A stretch of DNA of 64,000 bases. It comes from an uncultured Acidimicrobiia bacterium. GTDB taxonomy: Bacteria; Acidobacteriota; Vicinamibacteria; Vicinamibacterales; UBA2999. Every line of letters starts with the position of its first letter. Within the stretch, counting starts at the first letter, position 1. The position numbers and the translations under genes are program-made. This document shows, piece by piece, positions 10,444 through 21,558 of this stretch. The notes under the pieces are model-generated. The model was not told the origin of the DNA and ran no database searches. It saw only the letters and a list, made by a program, of their open reading frames with translations. The stretch is taken from positions 701,842 through 765,841 of the forward strand of contig CAWCGQ010000004.1 in NCBI GenBank assembly GCA_963795125.1. Reading direction: 5' to 3'.

Positions 10444-12099
10444 ATGCGTCTTGCGATCGCGTTACTGCTCACTGCCGCGACCACCGGTGTGATGGCACAA
10501 CCCCCCGACCTGCGCACGCGCGCGGAAATGACCGGCTACGAAGAGACCAGCAGCTACGCCGACGTCACCCGCATTCTCGACGGCCTGGCGGCCAGCCCGC
10601 TCGTGCACACCGAAAGTTTCGGCAAGACCGAGGAGGGCCGCGAGCTTCCGCTGGTCGTGATCTCGGATCCCAAGGTGACGACCCCGGCCATGGCGCGCAA
10701 GCTTGGCCGTCCGATCGTGTTCGTGCAGGCGAACATCCACGCCGGTGAAGTCGAGGGCAAGGAGGCGGTGCTGATGCTCGCACGGCGCCTGGCGTCGGGC
10801 GATCTGGCGTCGCTCACCAGGCAGCTGGTGATCCTGATCGCGCCCGACTACAACGCCGACGGCAACGAGAAGGTCAGCCCGATGAACCGCAGCGCGCAGA
10901 ACGGCCCGGTGGCCGGCGTCGGCACGCGCGAGAACAGCAAGGGCCTCGATCTCAACCGCGACTACATGAAGCTCGACTCCGCGGAGGCGCGCTCGCTGGT
11001 CGGGTTGATCAACAAGTGGGACCCGCACGTGCTGGTCGACCTTCACACCACCAACGGCTCGTATCACGCCAACCACCTGACCTATTCGCCGATCCTCAAT
11101 CCCAACGCCGATCCCCGGCTGATCGAGTTCACCCGGCAGAAGATGCTGGCGCCGATCCGCGAGGCGATGTTGAAGACCCACCACTGGCGCACCTATTACT
11201 ACGGCAACTTTGCGCCCGCGGACGGCGGCGGCCGCGAGAATGCGCGCGTCGACCCCGCCCATCCCGGCAACATCACCTGGCGCACGTTCGATCATCGCCC
11301 GCGCTTCGGCAACAACTACGCCGGCCTGCGCAATCGCATCGCGATCCTGTCGGAGGCCTACAGCTATCTCGACTTCAAGGGCCGGGTCGAAGTGACCGAG
11401 GACTTCGTCGAGGAGATCTGCAGGTCGGTGGCGGCCAACGCCAAATCGATCATGACGCTGACCGCGCAGGCGGATCGCCTGTTCACCGCGCCGGCGGTCG
11501 CGAAGCCGATCGAGCTCGGGGTCGAGTTTTCGATCAGCGCCGCCGACGAACCGGTGCACATCGCGGTCGGCGACGTCACCAAGGTGCTCAACCCGCGCTC
11601 GGGCCGCGAGATGCTGGCGATGACCGAGATGGCCACGCTGGTGCCGATGCGCGAGTACGGCACCTTCACCGCCACCCGGTCGCTGCCGCTGCCGAAGGGC
11701 TGGCTGATTCCGAAGACGCTCGTCGACGCTCCCAGGCTGGCCGCGGCGATCGAGCGGCTGCGCTGGCACGGCATCAGGATCCAGGCGGTGACCGCGGACG
11801 CACAGGTCAGCGTCGAGCGGTTCTCGATTGCCGAGTTCACCAAGCAGCCGCGGGTGTTCCAGGGCCACCAGGAGGCGCGCGTCACGGGCGCCTTCGCCAA
11901 GGCGCAGCTCACCGTCAATGCCGGCTCGCTGTTCATTCCCGCCAACCAGCCGCTCGCCAGGCTGGCGTTCTATCTGATCGAGCCCGAAAGCGACGATGGG
12001 CTGGTGACGTGGAACGTGATCGACGAAGGCTTGGCGGTGGGGCAGACCTACCCGATCTACCGGGTCACCAACACCACGGCGCTGCGCCTGGAGCAGTGA
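10444..12099 (+). CDS. M14 family zinc carboxypeptidase
   Basis: IHAGEVEG, NADG, DLNRD, VDLHTT. Confidence 0.88.
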   Translation: MRLAIALLLTAATTGVMAQPPDLRTRAEMTGYEETSSYADVTRILDGLAASPLVHTESFGKTEEGRELPLVVISDPKVTTPAMARKLGRPIVFVQANIHAGEVEGKEAVLMLARRLASGDLASLTRQLVILIAPDYNADGNEKVSPMNRSAQNGPVAGVGTRENSKGLDLNRDYMKLDSAEARSLVGLINKWDPHVLVDLHTTNGSYHANHLTYSPILNPNADPRLIEFTRQKMLAPIREAMLKTHHWRTYYYGNFAPADGGGRENARVDPAHPGNITWRTFDHRPRFGNNYAGLRNRIAILSEAYSYLDFKGRVEVTEDFVEEICRSVAANAKSIMTLTAQADRLFTAPAVAKPIELGVEFSISAADEPVHIAVGDVTKVLNPRSGREMLAMTEMATLVPMREYGTFTATRSLPLPKGWLIPKTLVDAPRLAAAIERLRWHGIRIQAVTADAQVSVERFSIAEFTKQPRVFQGHQEARVTGAFAKAQLTVNAGSLFIPANQPLARLAFYLIEPESDDGLVTWNVIDEGLAVGQTYPIYRVTNTTALRLEQ

Positions 12100-12876
12100 T
12101 TACGGCACGGTGATCTGATACAGCGTCGGCCACTTCTTGCCGGTGATGAAAATCCGCCGCGTCGCCTTGTCGTACGCGATCCCGTTCAGCTCGTCGGCCG
12201 GCGGCATGCGCTGGCTGCGCGGGTAGAGCGTCGACAGATCGATCCACGCGTTGACCTCGCCGGTCTTCGGCGAAATGCGCGCGATCCGATCCGTCAGCCA
12301 CACGTTCGCCCAGATCTCGCCTTCAATCCATTCGAGCTCATTCAGATTGGCGATCGGCTTGCCGGCGTCGAGCACGCGCAGCTTCCTGCCCGGCTTGAAG
12401 GTCTTGGGATCGAGAAACGTCAGCGTGTCGCTGCCGTCGCTCATCACCAGCTGCGAGGCGCCGTCGTAGGCGATGCCCCAGCCTTCGGAGGTGTAGGGGA
12501 AGGTGCGTGTCTGCTTGAAGGTGTTGCGGTCGTAGACGAAGCCGAGCTGGTGCTGCCAGGTCAGCTGCAGCAGCTCGTCGCCCACCATCGCCAGGCCTTC
12601 GGCGAAGTACTGCGCGGGCACGTCAAGGCGCTGCAGCGTTCGGCCGGTGGCCAGGTCGACACGTCGCAGTGTCGATTCACCCTGGAGCCCGGTGCTCTCG
12701 TAGAGTTCGCCGTTGCCGGCAAACACCAGGCCCTGGGTGAACGACGAGGTGTCGTGCGGAAACATCGCGACTACTTTGTAGGTCTGCACGGGCGCCGGCC
12801 TTCTCTGGGCAATGGTTGTCGCCGGGCCGCACGCAAGCACCAGCGCCGACGCGACCGCGACCAGCAGGCGCGTCAC
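12100..12876 (-). CDS. Glutaminyl-peptide cyclotransferase
   Basis: FTQGL, YESTG, FAEGL, QLTWQ, EGWG, LNELE, LNGIAYD; GTG start at 12876 overlaps the upstream stop. Confidence 0.92.
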   Translation of the reverse strand: MTRLLVAVASALVLACGPATTIAQRRPAPVQTYKVVAMFPHDTSSFTQGLVFAGNGELYESTGLQGESTLRRVDLATGRTLQRLDVPAQYFAEGLAMVGDELLQLTWQHQLGFVYDRNTFKQTRTFPYTSEGWGIAYDGASQLVMSDGSDTLTFLDPKTFKPGRKLRVLDAGKPIANLNELEWIEGEIWANVWLTDRIARISPKTGEVNAWIDLSTLYPRSQRMPPADELNGIAYDKATRRIFITGKKWPTLYQITVP

Positions 12877-14201
12877 GGTTGAATCAGGTAGAAGGCTTCC
12901 TGCCGGCCGTCGATCCAGTCCCATTTTCCTCCGGGCATGATCGCCGCGTCTTCCTCGAGGGCGAAGCGCACCGGTTGATTGCCCCACTCGGGGACGTTGT
13001 GCGTGACGTTGAGCTCGATCGAGTGCCACGTGTTCGGGCGGAACACGTAGTCGCCGCGCACCGGCACGCCCTGCTGATAGTCGGTCATGCCGATCGGCGG
13101 ACCCGCCGCGTGACCGTGATAGCCGACGGGATGACAGTAGATCGACGGCACCAGCCCCTCCTTCTTCGCCTGCGCCAGCGCATCGGCCAGCGCCTGGTTT
13201 CCCGTCCGCTCCAGCCGCGCATGCTGCATGGTCAGATCCTGCAGCCGATTGGCCGCCTTGAGCCCCGCCTTCAGGCCCGCCGGCGCGTCGGTTTCGCCCG
13301 GCTTCAACACGTAGGCGTTGTGCTGGGTGTCGGTCGAAAAGCCCAGGTAGACGATGCCGAAGTCGGTGTGGAGCATGTCGCCCGGCAGGATGACGCCGCG
13401 CGGATTGGCCTTCTCGCCCTGCCGCCAGATCGTGACCGACGGATGGAACCACTTGCCGAGGCCCATTTCGACGACCCGCTGGCGCATCCACCACACCACG
13501 TCTTCGTTGGTGGTCTTGCCGGGGGTGATGACCTTGTTCGAAAACGCTTCGCGGATCACCAGGTGCGCGACCTTCATCGCGTGGCGATAGGCCTCGAGCT
13601 CTTCCGGGAGCTTGACCTCGAGCCAGCCGACCGCGAGCATTTCCGCCGACTTGATCTTGGCGGTGTGCGCCGGGCCGAGCGCCTCGACCAGTCGACGCTT
13701 TTCATTGGCGGTGATGCCGTCGGCGTGGTTCCACGCGTCCGACTCGTTGATGCCGATCACTTTCGGATTCTTGTCGTCGACCAGCTTGCGCAGGCCTTCG
13801 TGCTGGCCGTCGTTCGGCGTCGGCACCATGGTGTAGATGCCGTCGTAGTCGAAGCGGCCGATCGAATAGCGCTCCACCGGCTTGCCGCCGCCGGGATTGT
13901 AGAACACCAGGATGGTGCGCCGCCGCGACGCGAAATAGGTGGACGGCGCCATCGACGCGAACACCGGGTCCTCGTTGTACTCGCGGCTCGGGATGATCCA
14001 CATGTCGATCCCCTCGCGCGTCATGATCGGCCCGAGCAGCGTGTCGAAGCGCCGCTTGATCCACGGCGTGACGAGCGCGTTCTGCTCGCGGTGCGTGAGC
14101 ACGCGCGCGGTGGGGTCGGGATACTGGATGGACTGGGCGTCGCCGGCAAAGGTGGCGACGACGAGCAGTCCTGAAAGGGCGAGAGTGAATCTGCGGTTCA
14201 T
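12873..14201 (-). CDS. M24 family (Xaa-Pro) aminopeptidase
   Basis: DFGI...TDTQ, HPVGYHGH, HSIE, LEED metal ligands; signal peptide. Confidence 0.85.
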   Translation of the reverse strand: MNRRFTLALSGLLVVATFAGDAQSIQYPDPTARVLTHREQNALVTPWIKRRFDTLLGPIMTREGIDMWIIPSREYNEDPVFASMAPSTYFASRRRTILVFYNPGGGKPVERYSIGRFDYDGIYTMVPTPNDGQHEGLRKLVDDKNPKVIGINESDAWNHADGITANEKRRLVEALGPAHTAKIKSAEMLAVGWLEVKLPEELEAYRHAMKVAHLVIREAFSNKVITPGKTTNEDVVWWMRQRVVEMGLGKWFHPSVTIWRQGEKANPRGVILPGDMLHTDFGIVYLGFSTDTQHNAYVLKPGETDAPAGLKAGLKAANRLQDLTMQHARLERTGNQALADALAQAKKEGLVPSIYCHPVGYHGHAAGPPIGMTDYQQGVPVRGDYVFRPNTWHSIELNVTHNVPEWGNQPVRFALEEDAAIMPGGKWDWIDGRQEAFYLIQP

Positions 14202-14211
14202 CCAGCCGATT

Positions 14212-16541
14212 CTATCCGAGCACGAAGCCCGCCTTCACAAACGGCATCATCCGGATGCGCTGGCCGGTCAGCGCGGCAATGGCGTTGGCGACCGCCGGGG
14301 CGATGGGCGGCAGCGGCGGTTCGCCGAAACCGGTGGGGCGCAGCGTGCTGGCGATGAAATGGGTGTCGATCGACCGCGGCGCCTCGCGCATGCGGATCAG
14401 GCGGTAGTCGCCGAAGTTGCGCGACGTCGCCCTGCCCCGGGCGATCGGCACCTCGCCGTAGAAGGCGGCGCCGAGGCCGTCGATGATGCCGCCCTGCATC
14501 TGTGCTTCGAGCATCGACAGGTTCACCGGCTGTCCCACGTCGCCCACCGAGGTCACCTTGTGCACAATCACGCGCGTCTGGCCGCTCGCTGCCGGCGGCG
14601 ACCGACACTTCCACCACGTGCGCGCAGTACGAGCCCGAAGGTGTGATGCATCGCCAGCCCGCGCGCCCGCCCGTCCGCTACCGGCCTGCCGAACCCGCCG
14701 CGCTCGACCGCGTCGAGCAGCACCCGTCGCATGCGCGCCGGATCGTAGGGGCTTGGATCGTCCGCGCCTTTCGGCACGTCCGCGGTCTCGCCGAGAATCT
14801 CGAGCCGCAGATCGACGGGGCTCCGCTTGACGCGTGCGGCCAGCTCGTCGATGGTCGTTTCGATCGTGAAGGCGTTGACCACGTGCGCGGGGGCGCGCCA
14901 GGCGCCGGTGGGCACGCCGGTCAGCGGCGCGCCGTAGCGCAGGCGCGCATTGGCAATGCGCGTCGGCTGCAGATCCGCGTCGAGTTGATCCAGGCGCTGC
15001 ACCACTCCGACGTAGCTGCCGTAGGTTTCCGTGGAGTGCTCACCTCGAGGATCCTTGCGATACACATTGCGCGAGCAACTCGCGATGCAGTGGTCCCAGG
15101 CCACGATTTTTCCCTGCGCATCGGTCCCGGCGCGCAGGCGCTGCATCGCCGCCGGCCGGTAGTAGTCGTGCTGCAGATCGCCTTCGCGGCTGTCGATCAC
15201 CATCACCGGGCCGCCAATCGCCTTCGCCACCACCGCGGCCTCCGCGGCGTAGTCGGACATCAACCGCCGGCCGAATCCGCCGCCGATGCGCGTCGACTGC
15301 ACGTGCACCTTGTCGACGGCGACACCGGTCGCCCGTGCCACCATCGATCGCGCGCTCATCGGCATCTGAATCGGGCCGCGCACCCACATCTCGCCTGTCG
15401 AGGGGCGATAGTCGGCGGTGCAGTTGTGCGGCTCGAGTGTCGCGTGCGACACAAACGCAAACGCATAGGTGTTGTCGACGACGGTCGTCGCCGACCTGAG
15501 GGCGTCCTCGACGCGGCCGGAGTTGTGCAGCGTGGCTGGCGGCGCGGCAAGCAGCGTCCGGAATTGATCGGCGATGGTGGCGTCGCTTTCAGCGGCATAC
15601 GGGCCCTCGTCCCACTGGACGATCAGCGCCTCGCGGCCCTTGAACGCCGCCCAGGTGGAGTCGGCCACGACGGCGACGCCCGGCATCAGCAATGTCGGAT
15701 TATCGAGGCCCGCAATCTCGACGATGTCGCGGACGCCGGCGACCTGGCGTGCCTTGGTAGCGTCAATGTTCACCGGGCGGCCGTTGAAGACGGGGCACTT
15801 GGCGATGGCGGCGAACTTCATGTCCGGCAGTCGCACGTCGATCCCGAACAGCGGCTGGCCGGTGACAATGCGAAGGTTGTCGGAGCCGCTGACGCGCGTC
15901 CCGATCAGCCGGTAGCTCGCCGGCTCTTTGAGCGCGACGCTGCCAGGCACCGTGAGCGTCGCCGCCTTCGCCGCCAGCGATCCATAGCGGGCTTCGCGCC
16001 GGCTGGCCGGGTGACGCACGGCGTGCGCGGTGGTCTCGCATTCGCTGGCCGGAACGTTCCACTCCGCCGCCGCGGCGGCGATCAATAGCGCCCGCGCGGT
16101 GGCGCCGATGCGGCGCATGTTGTCCCAGTCGGATCGAATCGCGTCGCTGCCGCCGACGCCCTGGCCGCCGTACCGGCGATCCAGCGGCGCATCGTCGATG
16201 CGGACCCTGGTCCAGTCGGCGTCGAGTTCCTCCGCGACAATCAGCGGCAGCGACGTCCTGGTGCCTTCGCCCATCTCCGGCTGCGCCGACCAGATGAGCA
16301 CGCGATCGTCGGGATCGATCTGGATGTAGTCGGACGGGGAAGCCGGCGGGCGGCGCGGATGCGCTGTCTGAGCGCCGACCGCATCGGTCCGCATCGCCAC
16401 CAGCAGTCCGCCCGTGGCCGCAAGGCTCACGGTGATGAAGGCTCGCCGGGATGGCTCGGGCCGGTGGCGCGGCACCTCATCCACCGGACTCTCGACAATC
16501 CCATTCTTCGCGTCGCGAAGCACATCGCGTCGCGACCTCAT
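14212..16541 (-). CDS. iorB: Xanthine dehydrogenase family molybdopterin subunit (isoquinoline 1-oxidoreductase beta-like); two frameshifts near 14585 and 14634
   Basis: Tat-like SRRAF, EMGEG, VAEELD, GGGFGR, WRAP, GGIIDG and GFGEP split across frames. Confidence 0.8.
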
Positions 16542-17005
16542 CGCGAGTTCCTCATCGTCGCCGCCTTCTTGACCGCTTCTTTGATCCGGACGTAGGTTCC
16601 GCAGCGGCAGATGTTGCCGTTCATCGCCGCGGAGATCTCCTCGTCCGATGGATGGGTGGTGCGGGCGAGCAGCGCCGCGCAGCTCATGATTTGCCCTGCC
16701 TGGCAGTAGCCGCACTGCGGCACGTCGATCTCCATCCACGCCAGCTGCGCGGGATGATCGCCATTGGCCGACAGACCCTCGATGGTAGTGATCCGCCTCC
16801 CGGCCAGCTGGCCGATCGGCGTCAAGCAGGAGCGCGTCGCCACCCCGTCCAGGTGCACGGTGCAGGCGCCGCAGAACCCGCCTCCGCAGCCGAACTTGGT
16901 GCCGGCAAGATTGAGGTGGTCGCGCAGCGCCCAGAGCAGCGGGGTGTCCGGATCGAGGTCCAGTCGCACGCCGCGGTTGTTCACGGAAAGGTCAATCATC
17001 GCCAT
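16538..17005 (-). CDS. iorA: 2Fe-2S subunit (isoquinoline 1-oxidoreductase alpha-like)
   Basis: [33 protein letters not shown]. Confidence 0.88.
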   Translation of the reverse strand: MAMIDLSVNNRGVRLDLDPDTPLLWALRDHLNLAGTKFGCGGGFCGACTVHLDGVATRSCLTPIGQLAGRRITTIEGLSANGDHPAQLAWMEIDVPQCGYCQAGQIMSCAALLARTTHPSDEEISAAMNGNICRCGTYVRIKEAVKKAATMRNSR

Positions 17006-17208
17006 GCCGTTTTATACGACCGGGCCGTCCGCTCAGTCGCCGATGAGCACCCGATGTTGTTCCGAGGTTCTTGTTGAACTTGGGCGCAGCCCCCGTATGC
17101 AACATCCGTTTGGACCAGGCAGGGACCAATGCAGTGATGAACGGGGTCTGACCCGAAATCACCCACGGACCGGGCTCCGCTCGTTGAGGGGCACCTATAC
17201 TGGGAATC

Positions 17209-19323
17209 GTGAAGCGGCTCGAGGTAGGCGGGTGGACGGTCGATCCGTCGCTCAATCGAATGACCCGCGGCGGTGACACGGTGCGGCTCGAGCCGAAGGT
17301 GATGCAGGTGCTCGAGGCGCTTGCGGACACTCCCGGCGAGGTCGTCACGCGCGATCAGTTGGTGGCGCGCGTATGGCCCGGCGTGTTTGTCACAGACGAT
17401 GTGCTGCATCGCGCCATTCGCGAGCTGCGGCGCGCGTTCGGCGACGAGACGGCGAAGCCGGCCTACGTCGAGACCATTCGCAAGCGCGGCTATCGACTGA
17501 TTGCGCCGGTGCGTCCCGCAAGCGGCTTCGAAGCACCCCCGCTACCAGCACCCACCGCCACCGCCGCCACTTCCCGGCCCGGTCGCGTCATCGTCGCGGC
17601 CTCGATCGCGGTGGCCGCCGCGCTCGGCGCCGTTGTGTTCGCGCTCGCGTCCCGCGCCACGCCGGCCGACGCCCCTCCCTCATCGGTCCGCTTCGTGGCG
17701 ATGACCTCCGGCCCCTTCAACGAAACCGATCCGGCGATCAGTCCCGACGGCTCGCGCCTGGCGTTTTCCGTGCGACACGCGCCCGGCGATGCCGGCAACG
17801 CCGATCTCTACCTTACCGAAGGCGCCGGCTCCGCACCGACGCAGCTGACCGCGCATCCCGCCGACGATCGCTATCCCGCGTGGTCGTCGGATGCATCAAC
17901 GCTGGCCTTCATCCGGATCGACGGCCGCAGCTGCGACATCATGCTGATAACCCTCGCCGATCGGCGCGAGCGCCGGCTCACCGCATGCGGCAACTTCGAG
18001 GAGCCGCGCGTCAGCTGGTCGGCCGACGGTGAGTGGCTGGTCGAGTCCTTCGCGCCCGGTCCCGATCCGATCCGCGGCTGGCAGATCGCGCGGGTCTTTG
18101 CCGCGACCGGCGTTCGCGAAACGCTGACGCTGCCCTCGCCGGGCACGCTTGGCGATTACTCGCCCGCGGTCTCGCCCGACGGCACGCGCATCGCCTTCGT
18201 GCGCGGCATCAACGGCGCCACCGCCGACATCCACATCGTCTCGATGAGCGGCGGCACGCCGACGCGGATCACCTGGGATAACCAGGACCTGGTCGGCATC
18301 GACTGGAGCGCCGACGGCAATTCCGTCATGTATGCGACCGATCGCGCCGGCGGCTACACCATCTGGCGCGTCAACGCCGATGGCACCGCGCCGCAACTGG
18401 TGGTCGGCGGCGCGGCGAAACTGAAGCATCCGTCGGTGTCGCGCTCGAGCGGCCGGCTCACTTACGAAAGCTGGTCGTACGAGATCAACCTCTGGGACGC
18501 GCCGATTGTCGATCGTCTCGATCTCGAAGGCGATCTCACGCCGACCTTGCGCCCGGCGGTGCGGACGTCCGATCAGTGGAACCACTCGCCGGACCTGTCT
18601 CCGGATGAGCAGCGGCTGGCGTTCATCTCGACCAGGTCGGGCGGCGCCGAAGTGTGGGTGTCGGATCGCGACGGCGCCAACGCGCGCCAGTTGACGCGCT
18701 TCGGGCGGGCGTCCATGCGGGCGCCCCGCTGGTCGCCCGACGGCAAGGCCATCCTGATCAGCGCCGCCGTGAACGGCCAGCCCGATCTCTACTCGATCGA
18801 CACCACTACCGGCACTGAGACGCGACTGACCAACGATCCAGACGATGAAGTGGCGCCGTCGTGGTCGTTTGACGGCGCCGCGGTGATGTTTGGCGCCCGC
18901 CGCTCTGGTACCTGGCAGGTGATGCGATTGAGCGTCATCGATCGCACGCGCCTGCAGCTGTCGACGGATGGCGGCTACGCGGCGCAGCCGTCACCGGACG
19001 GCCAATCGATCCTGTTCACCCGGCTCGAGCAGCCGGGGGTCTGGACGATGCCCGCCGACGGCGGGGCGGCGACCTTGCTGGTCCCGGCGGTGAGAGCCGC
19101 GGAGAACGTCAACTGGCGCGTGATGCCCGACGGCATCTATTACATCGGCTCGACCGCGGATCAGCCGGTGGTCCGGCGCGCGCCACCGAGCGGCGGACCC
19201 GGCGTTGATGTAGCGTGGCTGGGGAACTATTCGTGGCCGGGCTTTGCGGTCAGCCGCGATGGCCGCGTCATCTACGCGCGCTGGGATCGCCGCGAGAGCA
19301 ACATCATGGCGATGGATCCTTAA
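17209..19323 (+). CDS. CadC-like winged-helix regulator fused through a TM helix to TolB/PD40 propellers
   Basis: LEPKVMQVL...YVETIRKRGYRL, hydrophobic segment, many SPDG repeats. Confidence 0.88.
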   Translation: MKRLEVGGWTVDPSLNRMTRGGDTVRLEPKVMQVLEALADTPGEVVTRDQLVARVWPGVFVTDDVLHRAIRELRRAFGDETAKPAYVETIRKRGYRLIAPVRPASGFEAPPLPAPTATAATSRPGRVIVAASIAVAAALGAVVFALASRATPADAPPSSVRFVAMTSGPFNETDPAISPDGSRLAFSVRHAPGDAGNADLYLTEGAGSAPTQLTAHPADDRYPAWSSDASTLAFIRIDGRSCDIMLITLADRRERRLTACGNFEEPRVSWSADGEWLVESFAPGPDPIRGWQIARVFAATGVRETLTLPSPGTLGDYSPAVSPDGTRIAFVRGINGATADIHIVSMSGGTPTRITWDNQDLVGIDWSADGNSVMYATDRAGGYTIWRVNADGTAPQLVVGGAAKLKHPSVSRSSGRLTYESWSYEINLWDAPIVDRLDLEGDLTPTLRPAVRTSDQWNHSPDLSPDEQRLAFISTRSGGAEVWVSDRDGANARQLTRFGRASMRAPRWSPDGKAILISAAVNGQPDLYSIDTTTGTETRLTNDPDDEVAPSWSFDGAAVMFGARRSGTWQVMRLSVIDRTRLQLSTDGGYAAQPSPDGQSILFTRLEQPGVWTMPADGGAATLLVPAVRAAENVNWRVMPDGIYYIGSTADQPVVRRAPPSGGPGVDVAWLGNYSWPGFAVSRDGRVIYARWDRRESNIMAMDP

Positions 19324-20078
19324 CGGGTCAGCTGCTCCTGCAAGGCATCGCGATACAGACGGCTCAGCCCCAGCTGGGTGCCATTCCACAACACCACCTG
19401 GTAGTCTCCGCCACCGGAGATCAGCAATTCCTTCACGCGTCTCACGTTGACGATGCGCGAGCGATGGATACGAAAGAATCGCTGCGCGCCGATCCGCTCG
19501 ATCAGGCCGTTCATCGTCTCGCGCAGCAGGTGCGTCTGGTCGCCGGCGTGGACGCGGACGTAATTGCCTTCGGCTTCGACCCAGTCGATCGAGTCGACAT
19601 CCACGAACGACACCCGGCCGCCCGCCTTCACCAGCAGCCGCTCGCCGGCCTTCTCGGGCGATCGTCCGGTCCGCAGCAGTTCCGAGAGTCGTTCGGCCAT
19701 CTGACCATGCCTTTCCCATTCCAGGTGACGGCGCGCCCGCGCCAGCGCCGACTGAAACCGCTGCCGCCCGAACGGCTTCAATAGGTAGTCAATCGCCTGC
19801 ACCTCGAACGCGCGCACCGCGTATTCGTCGTAGGCAGTCACGAACACCGTCGGCGGCATCCGGTCGACACCGATCGTTTCGATCACTTTGAACCCGTCCA
19901 TCCCCGGCATCTGCAGATCGAGGAACACCAGATCGGGCGAGGCCTCGCGGATGCGCTCGACGGCTTCCGGCCCCGATGACGCGGTGCCCGCCAGCTCGAC
20001 GTCGTCTTCCACGGCGAGCAGCGATACCAGCCGCTCGCGCGCCATCGGCTGATCGTCGGCTACCATCACGCGCAGCAT
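19320..20078 (-). CDS. LytTR family response regulator
   Basis: REC domain (FLDLQMP, FVTAY, YLLKPF) plus FFRIHRS. Confidence 0.93.
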   Translation of the reverse strand: MLRVMVADDQPMARERLVSLLAVEDDVELAGTASSGPEAVERIREASPDLVFLDLQMPGMDGFKVIETIGVDRMPPTVFVTAYDEYAVRAFEVQAIDYLLKPFGRQRFQSALARARRHLEWERHGQMAERLSELLRTGRSPEKAGERLLVKAGGRVSFVDVDSIDWVEAEGNYVRVHAGDQTHLLRETMNGLIERIGAQRFFRIHRSRIVNVRRVKELLISGGGDYQVVLWNGTQLGLSRLYRDALQEQLTR

Positions 20079-21247
20079 CAGGCCACCGCCTCGGCAGGTG
20101 ATCGATCGAGTGACGCCGGCGCGAGTCCGGCCGCCCTGGTGTGCGTCGAGCGCCGCAGCGGCACGTAGACCTCTACCAGCACGCCGCCGCCGGGATTGCC
20201 GCGCACGGTCAGCGCTGCGGCCTCACCGTACAGCCGGTCGAGCCGCGACCTGGTGTTGGCCAGGCCCACGCCCTCCCGCCGTTGCCAATTCTCCGGCAAC
20301 CCCGCGCCATCGTCGCGGACGCGCAGCGACAACGAGTCGCCGTCGGCCTGCGCCTCGATCGAGAGCGTGCCGTCGCGCACCGTCGGCTCGAGCCCGTGGC
20401 GAATCGCGTTCTCGACCAGCGGCTGCAGGATCAAGGTCGGCACCAGCACATCCATGGCCGCAGCGTCGATGCGGTACTCGATCCGCAACCGGCTGCCGAA
20501 GTGCACCTGCTCGATGTCGAGATACGCCCGCACGTACTCGAGCTCTTCGGCGAGCTCCACCTCCTGCACGCCGACCTTGCGCAGGGTGATCCGCAGCAGA
20601 TCGCTGAGCCGCTCGATCATCATGTCGGCCTTGTCCGGATCGCGATGCACGAGCGTCGAGATGGCATGCAGCGTGTTGAAGAGGAAGTGCGGATGCAGCT
20701 GCTGCTGCAGCGCCTGCAGCTGCGATTCCATCAGTCGGGTTTCAAGCCGCGCGGCGCGCACCTCTCGCGCGCGTGCCTGCTGCGCGTAGTCGACCGCGTG
20801 CTGGAGCCCGATGATTGCCCAGTAGACCGGCAGCTCCTGATCGAGCGTGCGGAAGAAAGCGTCGACCACCGTGGTCGACCACACCGGTTCGCCGCCGCGC
20901 ACGCCTTGCAGATAGAAGCGCCAGGTGGCGACCCCGACGAGATGCAGCGCGGTGATGACGAGCGAGGCCGGCACGTGCACGGCGAGCGCCGTCCTCCAGC
21001 CGACGCGATCGAACCGGAAGCGGCGGCCCAGCCAGAAGATCACCGGCGCGAGCAGCGCGTAGCCCACCCACACCACCAGATTGACGAGGACGAGATACGG
21101 AAAAATCGCGGTGGTGTCCGGCTTCAGTGTCCATCGCGACAGTCCGTAAATTGCCGTGAAGCCCACCGACACCGACGCCGCAAACACCGCGTAGCCGGCG
21201 CAGATCGCGACCAGGAGCAGCCAGAGGGCGCGCGGCTCGCGCAACAT
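20078..21247 (-). CDS. LytS-type sensor histidine kinase
   Basis: TM helices, LHPHFLFNTLH, LQPLVENAIRHG, DDGAG. Confidence 0.92.
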   Translation of the reverse strand: MLREPRALWLLLVAICAGYAVFAASVSVGFTAIYGLSRWTLKPDTTAIFPYLVLVNLVVWVGYALLAPVIFWLGRRFRFDRVGWRTALAVHVPASLVITALHLVGVATWRFYLQGVRGGEPVWSTTVVDAFFRTLDQELPVYWAIIGLQHAVDYAQQARAREVRAARLETRLMESQLQALQQQLHPHFLFNTLHAISTLVHRDPDKADMMIERLSDLLRITLRKVGVQEVELAEELEYVRAYLDIEQVHFGSRLRIEYRIDAAAMDVLVPTLILQPLVENAIRHGLEPTVRDGTLSIEAQADGDSLSLRVRDDGAGLPENWQRREGVGLANTRSRLDRLYGEAAALTVRGNPGGGVLVEVYVPLRRSTHTRAAGLAPASLDRSPAEAVA

Positions 21248-21339
21248 GGATGGCACTATCGATGACAACCGTAGACAGGTCAAGCCGCATTCCGGCGCTC
21301 GTCACGGCCAGGTGCGTTCTGTCCCGGTTGATCCGTTGG

Positions 21340-21526
21340 AAACGTGCTGGATCGTGACGTTTGGAGAGCGACGGCTTTAGCCGTCGCTCGATCGTGACTT
21401 CAGCCGTCGCTGACCAGCAGCGGGGGCTAAAGCCCCCGCTCTCCAAACGTGCTGGATCGTGACGTTTGGAGAGCGACGGCTTTAGCCGTCGCTCGATCGT
21501 GACTTCAGCCGTCGCTGACCAGCAGC
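21340..21526. repeat. REP cluster upstream of RAYT (three REPs; 105-bp direct repeat)
   Basis: TTGGAGAGCGACGGCTTTAGCCGTCGCT at 21361 and 21466; inverted variant AGCGGGGGCTAAAGCCCCCGCTCTCCAAA at about 21419-21447. Confidence 0.9.
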
Positions 21527-21558
21527 CAGTTCGGAGCTCTTCTTGCAGCGATTCGCGT

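Noticed and set aside
395-12113. Long antisense or alternate-frame ORFs (e.g. 395-1963, 4264-6117, 8256-10307, 10462-11868)
   Set aside because: These are shadow ORFs of well-supported genes, expected at this GC content.
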